Origin: Patescibacteria group bacterium
Lineage (GTDB): Bacteria; Patescibacteriota; Kazan-3B-28
Direction of reading: 5' to 3'
Length of the DNA stretch: 64,000 bases
Assembly: GCA_028717565.1 (NCBI GenBank)
Contig: JAQUNP010000001.1
Location: 229,996-293,995 of the forward strand
The notes beneath the pieces are model-generated. The model saw nothing but the letters and a program-made list of their open reading frames with translations, was not told the DNA's origin and made no database searches. The first letter of the stretch is position 1. Every line of letters begins with the position of its first letter. Positions 52,067 through 60,026 of this stretch are shown piece after piece. The translations under genes and the position numbers were made by a program.

Positions 52067-52210
52067 ACCCTGTAGAAGATTTTAGAAGGTAATATTTACA
52101 ATTTGATATACACTTTTTTACTAGCGTTGCCCCAGAGAGAAGGATAATTGCATCGTAGGTTATCCCAATATTACCAGATAGAATTGTTCTAAAATTCTCT
52201 ACAGGGCATA
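52064..52210. mobile_element. MITE-like element: 139 bp with 20-bp terminal inverted repeats (18/20) flanked by a CATA direct repeat
   Basis: CCCTGTAGAAGATTTTAGAA (52068-52087) vs TTCTAAAATTCTCTACAGGG (52187-52206). CATA at 52064-52067 and 52207-52210. The left CATA contains the ftsK start codon. Confidence 0.4.
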
Positions 52211-52225
52211 GTTTTTGACTATCTG

Positions 52226-52254
52226 ATTATAGCATATTTTATAGGTGTTGTCAG
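52226..52254 (-). promoter_or_regulatory. ftsK promoter
   Basis: CTGACA(52254-52249)-17 nt-TATAAT(52231-52226), upstream of the inverted-repeat element. Confidence 0.55.
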
Positions 52255-52274
52255 CCCCCTATGTTGCAAAAAAC

Positions 52275-52326
52275 GCGCTCTGGGAGCAAGAAAACTCTTG
52301 ACAGGACCCTTAATTTGGAGAATAAT
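52275..52326 (+). promoter_or_regulatory. promoter of cassette D with shared upstream module
   Basis: GCGCTCTGGGAGCAAGAAAACTC-TTGACA(52298-52303)-17 nt-AATAAT(52321-52326). 27/29 identical to 1234-1206 on the minus strand. Partial repeat GCGTTCTGGGGGAAACTCTAGAACGC in the leader (52342-52367). Confidence 0.7.
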
Positions 52327-52392
52327 TGGGCCATCATTCTAGCGTTCTGGGGGAAACTCTAGAACGCACATCAAAATTAAGTGAGGTATGCA

Positions 52393-53361
52393 ATGGAAAC
52401 CATTTTCCATGTGTTAGGCGTTGCGTTGTTTGTCATCTATGCGGTCCTGGTAATCTGGGACCCTCGACCTGCCGGATGGGGCTGGATCAGCGGGTGGGTA
52501 CGCCTCCGCTGGCTATCCCTGCTCGGCTTCACTGCCGGTCTGGCAATCATGTGCTGGACCATTCAGCTGGATCAGCCCGTCGTCGATTCTACGGCCTGGA
52601 CCACGACCTTCAATGGAGGTACGTGGTGGAGCTGGTTGTTAATCGCCGGCAGTGTAGCCGTGATGTCGTTTGGCGCTTTCCGGCCAGATGAGATCACGGG
52701 AACTAATCGCTTTACAGGCGATGATGTCCGGCTGGCCTTCGGTGGAGCACTGTTAGCAGTGATCTTCTGGGTTCCCCAAGGGAACCTGCAGATCAACTGC
52801 GGCGACACTATCCTGTGTCCTGTCCGCGGTACAGTTGCCGCCGGCCAGACCACAGAGGCTTATGTGGCTGCTGCCAAGAACGGTGCCCACCCTGATGTGG
52901 ACACGGAGAGGATCTTTACTCGCCCCGCCTTAGGGGACGAGGAAAGCGATTCTGCGCGTCTGATCTGGACCGGCTGGGGCCGGTGGATAGTGGTCGGCGT
53001 CGACTCACAGCCGGCTGCGAATGCCGCCCGGCTGCCACACTGGGCGAGTAAGCGCTTTAATGCGGCGAACAACCCGTCGCTCCTCAGCGCTGCCTCAGGT
53101 GGCTGGCTCAGACGCATGGTGCAACTGGATATCAATCCCGCACCCGAAAGCATCGGCATTGATGTTCCGCCCGCCACACCATCCGCACCGGCAGCCGACC
53201 CTGTGATGGAAAAGCTGGATGGCATCTCTGACCAGATCACCGCGCAGGAAGAGCACCTCAAAAACCTGGACGAGAAAGTCCAGGATATGGATGAACGGTT
53301 AGCACATGCCGAAGAGGGTGTGCGACAGTTCATTGAGATCGGGAAAAACGGCTGTGGTTAG
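52393..53361 (+). CDS. hypothetical Trp-rich 4-TM membrane protein with C-terminal coiled coil (322 aa), high-GC cassette D
   Basis: ATG 52393 preceded by GTGAGG. TM helices in the first ~150 aa. C-terminal heptad-like EKLDGISDQITAQEEHLKNLDEKVQDMDERLAHAEE. Confidence 0.55.
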   Translation: METIFHVLGVALFVIYAVLVIWDPRPAGWGWISGWVRLRWLSLLGFTAGLAIMCWTIQLDQPVVDSTAWTTTFNGGTWWSWLLIAGSVAVMSFGAFRPDEITGTNRFTGDDVRLAFGGALLAVIFWVPQGNLQINCGDTILCPVRGTVAAGQTTEAYVAAAKNGAHPDVDTERIFTRPALGDEESDSARLIWTGWGRWIVVGVDSQPAANAARLPHWASKRFNAANNPSLLSAASGGWLRRMVQLDINPAPESIGIDVPPATPSAPAADPVMEKLDGISDQITAQEEHLKNLDEKVQDMDERLAHAEEGVRQFIEIGKNGCG

Positions 53362-53395
53362 CCTAAGCTGTGGGCACGCACCGATCTACTCTAAC

Positions 53396-53430
53396 GGGAG
53401 GCGAGACCCTATCGCCCCCCGTTTATTTTT
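53396..53430 (+). terminator. terminator of cassette D
   Basis: GGGAGGCGA-gaccctA-TCGCCCCCC followed by GTTTATTTTT. Confidence 0.65.
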
Positions 53431-53443
53431 ATCTGTTTCTATA

Positions 53444-53472
53444 TTGACAAGGAATAATTTTTATGATATAAT
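53444..53472 (+). promoter_or_regulatory. perfect consensus promoter of the 451-aa ORF
   Basis: TTGACA(53444-53449)-17 nt-TATAAT(53467-53472); GGGGA SD 8 nt before the ATG. Confidence 0.7.
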
Positions 53473-53493
53473 GAAAATACTGGGGATAATGCA

Positions 53494-54849
53494 ATGTCTA
53501 TGATAGAAAAGGCTCCTGATAATTTGGACAACACTGAACCGGTTCGCGGATGGCGTGCCGATAGCGAACTGCGGCACGACGAACTCTATTCACAACCAGA
53601 ATCGGATGTTGAGTCAGACAGCCGCCCCGGTTCAACAAAAAGCATAGAGGCCAAACTGGGCGGTCGTTTTAGTACGCAAGGGATTGTGGAGTGGGGAGTG
53701 ACAGAAACTATCTGGGCCAAGAACCCACGCATCCGAGAGCAGGCCTATGAACTGGCTAAAGCTCGTTATCCGATGCCGGGTGAACAAACAGGTGAGAATG
53801 TGCCGAGATGGCTTCAAATAAAATATGAGAACGCGTGGCGCAGTACTGGCAAATGGCTGATTAGAACAGCAGTTTTTGGCGCCAAGATTGAAACCGATGA
53901 TTCCGCTGAGCAGAATATCCGGGAGGATATGCGCCGGCGAGAGCTTTTGGCTTATAATTTTCTTATACCCACAGAAACTAAACGCAACTGGGGAAAAGAA
54001 GAGAGATTGATCCGGCGCGGCGAGAAACAGGTCAGGACTGCGGCGGATAAATTGAGTGCACGTGCCAAAGTGGAACGCGACCAGCTGGTAAAAAAAGTGG
54101 CCGCAGGTGAGGCTGATGTCTCAATTTTACGAGAATATGACAAGAAAAAGGCACTGGAACAACAGGCTCTGGTTGAAAAAATGGAACGAAAACGTCAGCG
54201 ACTGCTTGAACGCCGAGAGGGGTTGGCGCAAGTGCAAACTGAAATTATCCAGGGTATTTTGAACCGACCTGAGTATAGTAGTGCCGAATCGATGATGCAA
54301 ACACTCCTTCAACAAAACGGTCACTGGCTAGAACAGTTACAAGACCCTCATTCGGCGCGTCGACGCTTCAGAGCCATTCGGCAAAGGTTTAGTTTTACTG
54401 AAACCGATTGGGTCCACCCAGAAGATCAACAAGCAATAGCGCAAGTTGGTGGTTTATCCGCAGAAGCACAACGACGAAGAGTAGAGATAATGGGTGCTAC
54501 TAGATTTGTCGAAAGCCGCCGACAGCAACTCGAACAATTGCAAGGCATCTGGAAAGAGCTTGACCAAAAACAGCCCGAAGATTTTTTGGAGCCGTTTAGG
54601 GAAGCCCTCCTGGAAGGTGTAAGTAGACAGGACTTTGTAGACATCTGGCATGATCGGTTGGTGCAAGAGATAGATGATACAACGCAAAAGAGTTTCACCA
54701 CATCTCTGCAAGAACGTTTGGGAAAGGCAAAAGCCTCTGTGGAAAAACAGCGCCAAGAACTCTTGCGCCTATATGACGCTACGGATCGTTTTGTCGAACC
54801 AGAATCTTCTGCAACGGGCGACAAGAAGAAAAAGAATAAAGCTGCCTAA
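53494..54849 (+). CDS. hypothetical charged, coiled-coil-rich protein (451 aa)
   Basis: ORF track; long E/R/K/Q helical stretches; no TM or catalytic motif recognised. Its stop overlaps the rnj stop. Confidence 0.6.
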   Translation: MSMIEKAPDNLDNTEPVRGWRADSELRHDELYSQPESDVESDSRPGSTKSIEAKLGGRFSTQGIVEWGVTETIWAKNPRIREQAYELAKARYPMPGEQTGENVPRWLQIKYENAWRSTGKWLIRTAVFGAKIETDDSAEQNIREDMRRRELLAYNFLIPTETKRNWGKEERLIRRGEKQVRTAADKLSARAKVERDQLVKKVAAGEADVSILREYDKKKALEQQALVEKMERKRQRLLERREGLAQVQTEIIQGILNRPEYSSAESMMQTLLQQNGHWLEQLQDPHSARRRFRAIRQRFSFTETDWVHPEDQQAIAQVGGLSAEAQRRRVEIMGATRFVESRRQQLEQLQGIWKELDQKQPEDFLEPFREALLEGVSRQDFVDIWHDRLVQEIDDTTQKSFTTSLQERLGKAKASVEKQRQELLRLYDATDRFVEPESSATGDKKKKNKAA

Positions 54850-56561
54850 ACTTCGATTACTACTGGCAAGACAAGTGGTCGGCGACCGGTCTCTTGGAAT
54901 AGGAACTCACTAAGTTGCTCACGCAGCTTGGATTTGATATTGGTCCAATCGTCAGGGATTTCTTTGACATGCTTTTTAAATAGATTTTGAACTCGTTGTT
55001 TTGCCATATCCATTAAAGCACCTTTTTCTTTAACATAAACAAAGCCGCGCGACATGATATCAGGAGTGCCGACCAGCCGCCCGCGCTTATCCACCACGGT
55101 AATCACTACAAAAGTGCCTTCTTTGGCCATGGTTTGACGATCTCTTAAAACCACTTCTTTCACGTCACCCACGCCTAAGCCATCAATCAGAACCGAGCCA
55201 GCATGAATGCGGTCTTTAAGCTTCTTGGCTTTGCCGTTTTTAAACTCTACCACATCACCATCTTCAATCACAAAGATGTTTTTAGGCGGGATGCCCACAC
55301 TTTCTGCAAGTTCCTTGTGGGCTACTAGCATGTGGTATTCGCCGTGCACGGGAATAAAGTAGCGAGGTCGAACTAGCTCCAACATTTGTTTCATTTCTTC
55401 TTGGTAGGCATGGCCGGTAACGTGGATTTGCATTTTTTTATCGAAGATAACATGCGCCCCTGCACGATAAAGATTATTGATTACGGCCGAAATAGATCGC
55501 TCGTTGCCTGGGATAGGGGAGGAGGACACTACCACGGTATCACCCTCTTTGATCTGCACCTGCCTGTGCTCCTTGAAGGCCATCCGCTGCAGAGCCGAGC
55601 CCTCTTGACCTTGGCTGCCAGTGCTCAAAATAACTAATTGGTGGTCTTTGATACGTTTAATTTGATGCAATGGCACCAAGAGACCCTTGGGAACTTTGAG
55701 ATAGCCCAGTTTGACTGCAACATCAAAATATTTCACCATACTCCGACCCGCAATTGCGACTTTGCGTTTATACTTGGCCGCAGCAGATAAGACATGCTGC
55801 ATCCGATCGATTCTCGAAGCAAATGAGGAAACAATGAGCCGACCTTTGGTGGATGCAAAAATGTCCATAAAGGTATCGGCAATGACCTGCTCAGAGACCG
55901 TTCGCCCAGGAGTATGCGCATTGGTGCTCTCACTCATAAGCAGAAGAGGTTTTTTGTCACCAATTTGTTTAAGTTTGTCATAGTCAGCACCAATCCCGTC
56001 TGGGGGAGTAGGATCGAATTTAAAGTCCCCGGTATGGAGGATGATCCCCTCGGGGGTTTCAACGATTAGACCAAAAGCGTCTGGGATACTGTGAGTTACC
56101 CTAAAGAAAGAAACGGTGAAGGCCTTGCCAACACGGATTTTGTCCTGGGGCTTGTATTTAATGACCTTGACCTGATTTTTGAGCGCAAATTCCTCTAAGT
56201 TGATTTCAATCAGAGCGGCAGCTAACACGGGAGCATAGACCGGCACATTCAGCTTCGGTGCGATATAGGGCACAGCCCCAATATGGTCTTCGTGTCCGTG
56301 AGTAACCACAATCGCCCGAACTCGCGACTTGTTTTGTTCTAAGTAAGTTGTGTCAGGAATCACGTAGTCGATACCTAGCATTGATTCATCTGGGAACATA
56401 AACCCACAGTCGATGATCAAAATATCGTTTTGATATTCAACAGCAACTAAATTTTTGCCCATTTGACCGACTCCGCCTAAAGGAATGATTTTTAATCCAT
56501 CCCCACCAGGAGATTTCATCTGGGGAATTTGGGAACTAGTTTGAGATTTCTTTTTTGACAT
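54846..56561 (-). CDS. rnj: ribonuclease J
   Basis: 571 aa; beta-CASP MBL with HGHEDHIGA motif. Confidence 0.95.
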   Translation of the reverse strand: MSKKKSQTSSQIPQMKSPGGDGLKIIPLGGVGQMGKNLVAVEYQNDILIIDCGFMFPDESMLGIDYVIPDTTYLEQNKSRVRAIVVTHGHEDHIGAVPYIAPKLNVPVYAPVLAAALIEINLEEFALKNQVKVIKYKPQDKIRVGKAFTVSFFRVTHSIPDAFGLIVETPEGIILHTGDFKFDPTPPDGIGADYDKLKQIGDKKPLLLMSESTNAHTPGRTVSEQVIADTFMDIFASTKGRLIVSSFASRIDRMQHVLSAAAKYKRKVAIAGRSMVKYFDVAVKLGYLKVPKGLLVPLHQIKRIKDHQLVILSTGSQGQEGSALQRMAFKEHRQVQIKEGDTVVVSSSPIPGNERSISAVINNLYRAGAHVIFDKKMQIHVTGHAYQEEMKQMLELVRPRYFIPVHGEYHMLVAHKELAESVGIPPKNIFVIEDGDVVEFKNGKAKKLKDRIHAGSVLIDGLGVGDVKEVVLRDRQTMAKEGTFVVITVVDKRGRLVGTPDIMSRGFVYVKEKGALMDMAKQRVQNLFKKHVKEIPDDWTNIKSKLREQLSEFLFQETGRRPLVLPVVIEV

Positions 56562-56570
56562 AATGTTTCT

Positions 56571-57179
56571 TTAAAATAATGCGCCCTGGCTTTGCGGAGA
56601 AAATGAAGCATCGTTTTGTAGTTCATCAATCTTTTGCAGCAACACAGGGATTTTTTTAATATCACTAAAGAGAGTGTCTTTGAGACGGGGATCATAGAGG
56701 GCGGCCGCCGGATGATACATGGCAAAAAAGATTCGGTTGCCTTGTCGTTTGGCAGTGCCTCTAAGAGAACTAATCTTTTCATTGGGTAAGAACCACTGCA
56801 GAGCATGGCGACCCAGAAGCACAATAAGTTTTGGCTGGATAAGCTCTAGCTCCCGTTCTAAAAATGGCTTGTGTTCTGCCACTTCAGAGGCCAATGGGTC
56901 GCGATTGCCAGGGGGGCGGCATTTAACCACATTGGTGATGTAAACATCTTCACGTTGCATATCGATTTGAGCCAGCCCTTCGTCCAGTAGCTTTCCGGCA
57001 GCCCCCACAAAGGGCCGACCCAGTTCATCCTCGGTTTTCCCGGGACCTTCGCCAATAAATACTACTGGGCTGTCAATATTACCTTCGCCCGGGACAGCTT
57101 GGATGCACCCGTCTCGGAGAGAGCAGTGGTGCTGTTTGATATCCTCGACTAACTGTTTGAACTCGGCAGCTCTATCCAT
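56571..57179 (-). CDS. uracil-DNA glycosylase, family 4
   Basis: GEGPGKTEDELGRPFVGAAGKLLD motif; 202 aa. Confidence 0.9.
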   Translation of the reverse strand: MDRAAEFKQLVEDIKQHHCSLRDGCIQAVPGEGNIDSPVVFIGEGPGKTEDELGRPFVGAAGKLLDEGLAQIDMQREDVYITNVVKCRPPGNRDPLASEVAEHKPFLERELELIQPKLIVLLGRHALQWFLPNEKISSLRGTAKRQGNRIFFAMYHPAAALYDPRLKDTLFSDIKKIPVLLQKIDELQNDASFSPQSQGALF

Positions 57180-57423
57180 AAATCACAAAGAAGATTATAG
57201 CGATAACCACCAGACCCACTACCACTATCCATCCCCAAATTGGTTTGGTCGCAGTCGGGGTAGAGGAGTACTGGATATCCACCAAATGTTCAGCTTGAGG
57301 GGGTACCATGACACTTTTGTTGCCATCCAACACCACGGGCTTTCTCTTATGCAATATCTCTAAACATCCCGCACAGAAAGTGTGGTCTGGCTGGTTTTCT
57401 CGTCCACAGGATTGGCAGCGCAT
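57172..57423 (-). CDS. hypothetical zinc-ribbon plus single-TM protein (83 aa)
   Basis: MRCQSCGRENQPDHTFCAGC; C-terminal TM. The ATG directly abuts the pnp stop. Confidence 0.55.
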   Translation of the reverse strand: MRCQSCGRENQPDHTFCAGCLEILHKRKPVVLDGNKSVMVPPQAEHLVDIQYSSTPTATKPIWGWIVVVGLVVIAIIFFVIYG

Positions 57424-59520
57424 TTATTGTCTTTTATTGAGTACGGCCTTGTGTGAGAGATTGATCCGACCACGGTCGTCTATCTCTGTTACAATCACTT
57501 CCAGTGTATCACCCTCTTTTACCACGTCGTTAATGTTTTCCACTCGTTCATTTCTGAACTGAGAAATGTGTACCATACCTTCACGACCTGGCAAAATCTC
57601 AACAAAGGCGCCGAAGTCCATTACTCGAGTTACTCGACCGGTGAATTTCTCGCCCGGCTTAATCTCTCGAACCATGTCTCGAATAGTTTGAGCGGCCTGT
57701 TCAGCCATCTCTTTCTTGGTGGAAGTGATGAAGGCCTGGCCGTCATCTTCAATGGAGATGGTGGTAACGCTTTTACCACCAGCTTCGTCAATAATGCCAT
57801 TAATAACCTTACCACCTGGCCCAATAATTTCACCAATCTTATCGACTGGGATTTGAACTGTAATAACTCGTGGGGCTCGGGGCGATACTTCTGGCCGAGG
57901 AGCAGCAATGATTTTTGCCATTTCATCCAGCAAGAACATTCGGGCTTGTTTGGCTTTGGCTAGTGCCTGTTCAAAAATTGGCCTCGTAATGCCTGCGATC
58001 TTAATGTCCATTTGCAAAGCGGTGATGCCGTCACGACTCCCAGCAACTTTGAAGTCCATGTCGCCGTTAAAATCTTCTATCCCGGCTAGATCGGTTAAAA
58101 CCTTGAATTGATCGCCATTAGTGATTAAGCCCATAGCCACTCCGGCGACTGGTTTTTTGATCGGTACTCCAGTATCCATCAATGACAGGGTGCTACCGCA
58201 AACAGAAGCCATTGAGCTGCTGCCATTGCTAGACAGAATTTCCGATACCACGCGAATGGTATAGGGAAAGTCCGTCCGGTTAGGGATCATGGGGGAGAGG
58301 GCGCGTTCGGCCAACGCTCCATGACCGATCTCACGTCGACCAGTTGAACGCATCGGCTTGGCCTCATTGGTGGCAAATGGTGGGAAATTGTAGTGATGCA
58401 TATATCGTTTGGTCGTGTCTTGCTCCATGGTGTCAATCAGCTGTTCATCGTCTAGTGACCCAAGAGTGACTACTGACAGAGCCTGGGTTTCGCCGCGTGT
58501 GAAAAGAGCTGAGCCATGAGTACTGGGCAGAAGTCCTACCTCCATCGACAACGGCCGGATGTCGTCTAGGCCACGGCCATCGGGACGACGGTCGTGCTCA
58601 ATAATATTTTTTCGTAACTCTTGTCCGATCACTTTGTCAAAAATACTTTCCACCATAACTTCTGGAGTTTCTTCGGCTACGAATTCGGCAAATAGTTCCT
58701 GACGTAGCTCATCCAGTTTGGCGTTCCGCACCATTTTTTCGGAATGATAGATGGCTTCCTCTAACCGACCAGATAACTTGCTAGCAATTTGATGTTTCAG
58801 CTCTTCGGATGGGGCAATTAGTTGATAGTCGCCCGGCTGGATATTGAGTTCTTTCACCATTTGCTCTTGAAACTCAATCAGGGGTTGCATGGCTTTGTGC
58901 CCAAAATCGATAGCCGCCAACATGACATCCTCGGGCACCTCATTGGCGCCGGCCTCGACCATCATAACGGCATCTTTAGTCCCCGCTATCACCAAATCGA
59001 GGTCGCTAGCATTTCTTTGCTCCCGTGTGGGGTTAGCAACTAGCTCACCGTCAATCCGTCCGACTCGGATACCAGCAACTGGCCCTTGGAAAGGGGAGCC
59101 CGTTTGCATTAAAGCCGCCGATGCCGTATTGAGCGCAACTATATCGGGATCGTTACTTAGATCTGCCGACAGAGTGGTAATAACTATTTGGACATCGTTA
59201 TAAAACCCTTTCGGGAAAAGCGGCCGGATAGGCCGATCGATTAGACGAGCGGTTAGAATCGCTTCCTCACTGGGGCGACCTTCGCGCTTAATAAAGCGAC
59301 TGCCAGAAATCTTGCCGCTAGCGTACATCTTCTCTTCAAACTCAACCATCAGTGGGAAAAATTCGGCTCCTGCTTTGGCGTTGGGCGAAACCACGGCAGT
59401 TGCTAAAACCACCGTATCTCCCAATCGGCCAACTACAGATCCACTGGCCAAGGTGGCCAATTTACCTGTTGAGAATGTAAAACTTCTTCCCCCAACTTGC
59501 GCTTCGAACTTCTTTTCCAT
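57424..59520 (-). CDS. pnp: polyribonucleotide nucleotidyltransferase (PNPase)
   Basis: Two RNase PH domains plus KH plus S1 (GKFTGRVTRVMDFGAFVEI). ATG 59520 (MEKKFEAQVGGR) preceded by AAGGAA; the track's 17-codon extension is unsupported. Confidence 0.97.
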   Translation of the reverse strand: MEKKFEAQVGGRSFTFSTGKLATLASGSVVGRLGDTVVLATAVVSPNAKAGAEFFPLMVEFEEKMYASGKISGSRFIKREGRPSEEAILTARLIDRPIRPLFPKGFYNDVQIVITTLSADLSNDPDIVALNTASAALMQTGSPFQGPVAGIRVGRIDGELVANPTREQRNASDLDLVIAGTKDAVMMVEAGANEVPEDVMLAAIDFGHKAMQPLIEFQEQMVKELNIQPGDYQLIAPSEELKHQIASKLSGRLEEAIYHSEKMVRNAKLDELRQELFAEFVAEETPEVMVESIFDKVIGQELRKNIIEHDRRPDGRGLDDIRPLSMEVGLLPSTHGSALFTRGETQALSVVTLGSLDDEQLIDTMEQDTTKRYMHHYNFPPFATNEAKPMRSTGRREIGHGALAERALSPMIPNRTDFPYTIRVVSEILSSNGSSSMASVCGSTLSLMDTGVPIKKPVAGVAMGLITNGDQFKVLTDLAGIEDFNGDMDFKVAGSRDGITALQMDIKIAGITRPIFEQALAKAKQARMFLLDEMAKIIAAPRPEVSPRAPRVITVQIPVDKIGEIIGPGGKVINGIIDEAGGKSVTTISIEDDGQAFITSTKKEMAEQAAQTIRDMVREIKPGEKFTGRVTRVMDFGAFVEILPGREGMVHISQFRNERVENINDVVKEGDTLEVIVTEIDDRGRINLSHKAVLNKRQ

Positions 59521-59698
59521 ATATTCCTTTCTTGAAAAGAAAATCGGAAGTCGAATCCTTTTTAAGGGCAACGCGAGTTTTCAAAAGAGCTTGAGATTTA
59601 AGCCAGGAGCAAAAGTAGGTTTATGGCATTCCCGCGACGAGCTTGGGACAAACACAACATACGCTTACTTCTGACTTTGCTCTTAATAAATAACGGCG

Positions 59699-59968
59699 TT
59701 ACTTCCTGATTTTCAATTTCTTAATTAATTTGTTATATGATTTTAGATCCTGTTTCTCTAGATAATTCAAAAGGCGACGGCGATTGCCCACCATTTTAAA
59801 CAAGCCCTGGCGAGAGTGCATATCACCCTTGTGTTTCTTCAAGTGCTTGGTCAAATCATCGATTTTCACCGTCAGTAAAGCGATCTGTACCTCGACAGAA
59901 CCTGTGTCCTTCTCATGGGACCGGTGTTCGCCAATGATTTTTTGTTTTTTATCCGCTTTTAATGCCAT
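59699..59968 (-). CDS. rpsO: 30S ribosomal protein S15
   Basis: 89 aa; GSVEVQIALLT...HLKKHKGDMHSRQGL; classical rpsO-pnp linkage. Confidence 0.95.
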   Translation of the reverse strand: MALKADKKQKIIGEHRSHEKDTGSVEVQIALLTVKIDDLTKHLKKHKGDMHSRQGLFKMVGNRRRLLNYLEKQDLKSYNKLIKKLKIRK

Positions 59969-60026
59969 TTTCTAGGTCAAAATAAATCCTTCACATGATA
60001 ACACCAACGCTGGATTTTTTCAAGAG

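Noticed and set aside
41778-52140. CTCTGGG-type matches upstream of yebC (41787-41778) and ftsK (about 52140-52131) as members of the same regulon as the 29-nt module
   Set aside because: Only 7-9 nt match, and the spacing to the -35/-10 boxes differs in every case. About one chance 9-mer hit is expected in a window of this size. I mention it as context but do not claim it.
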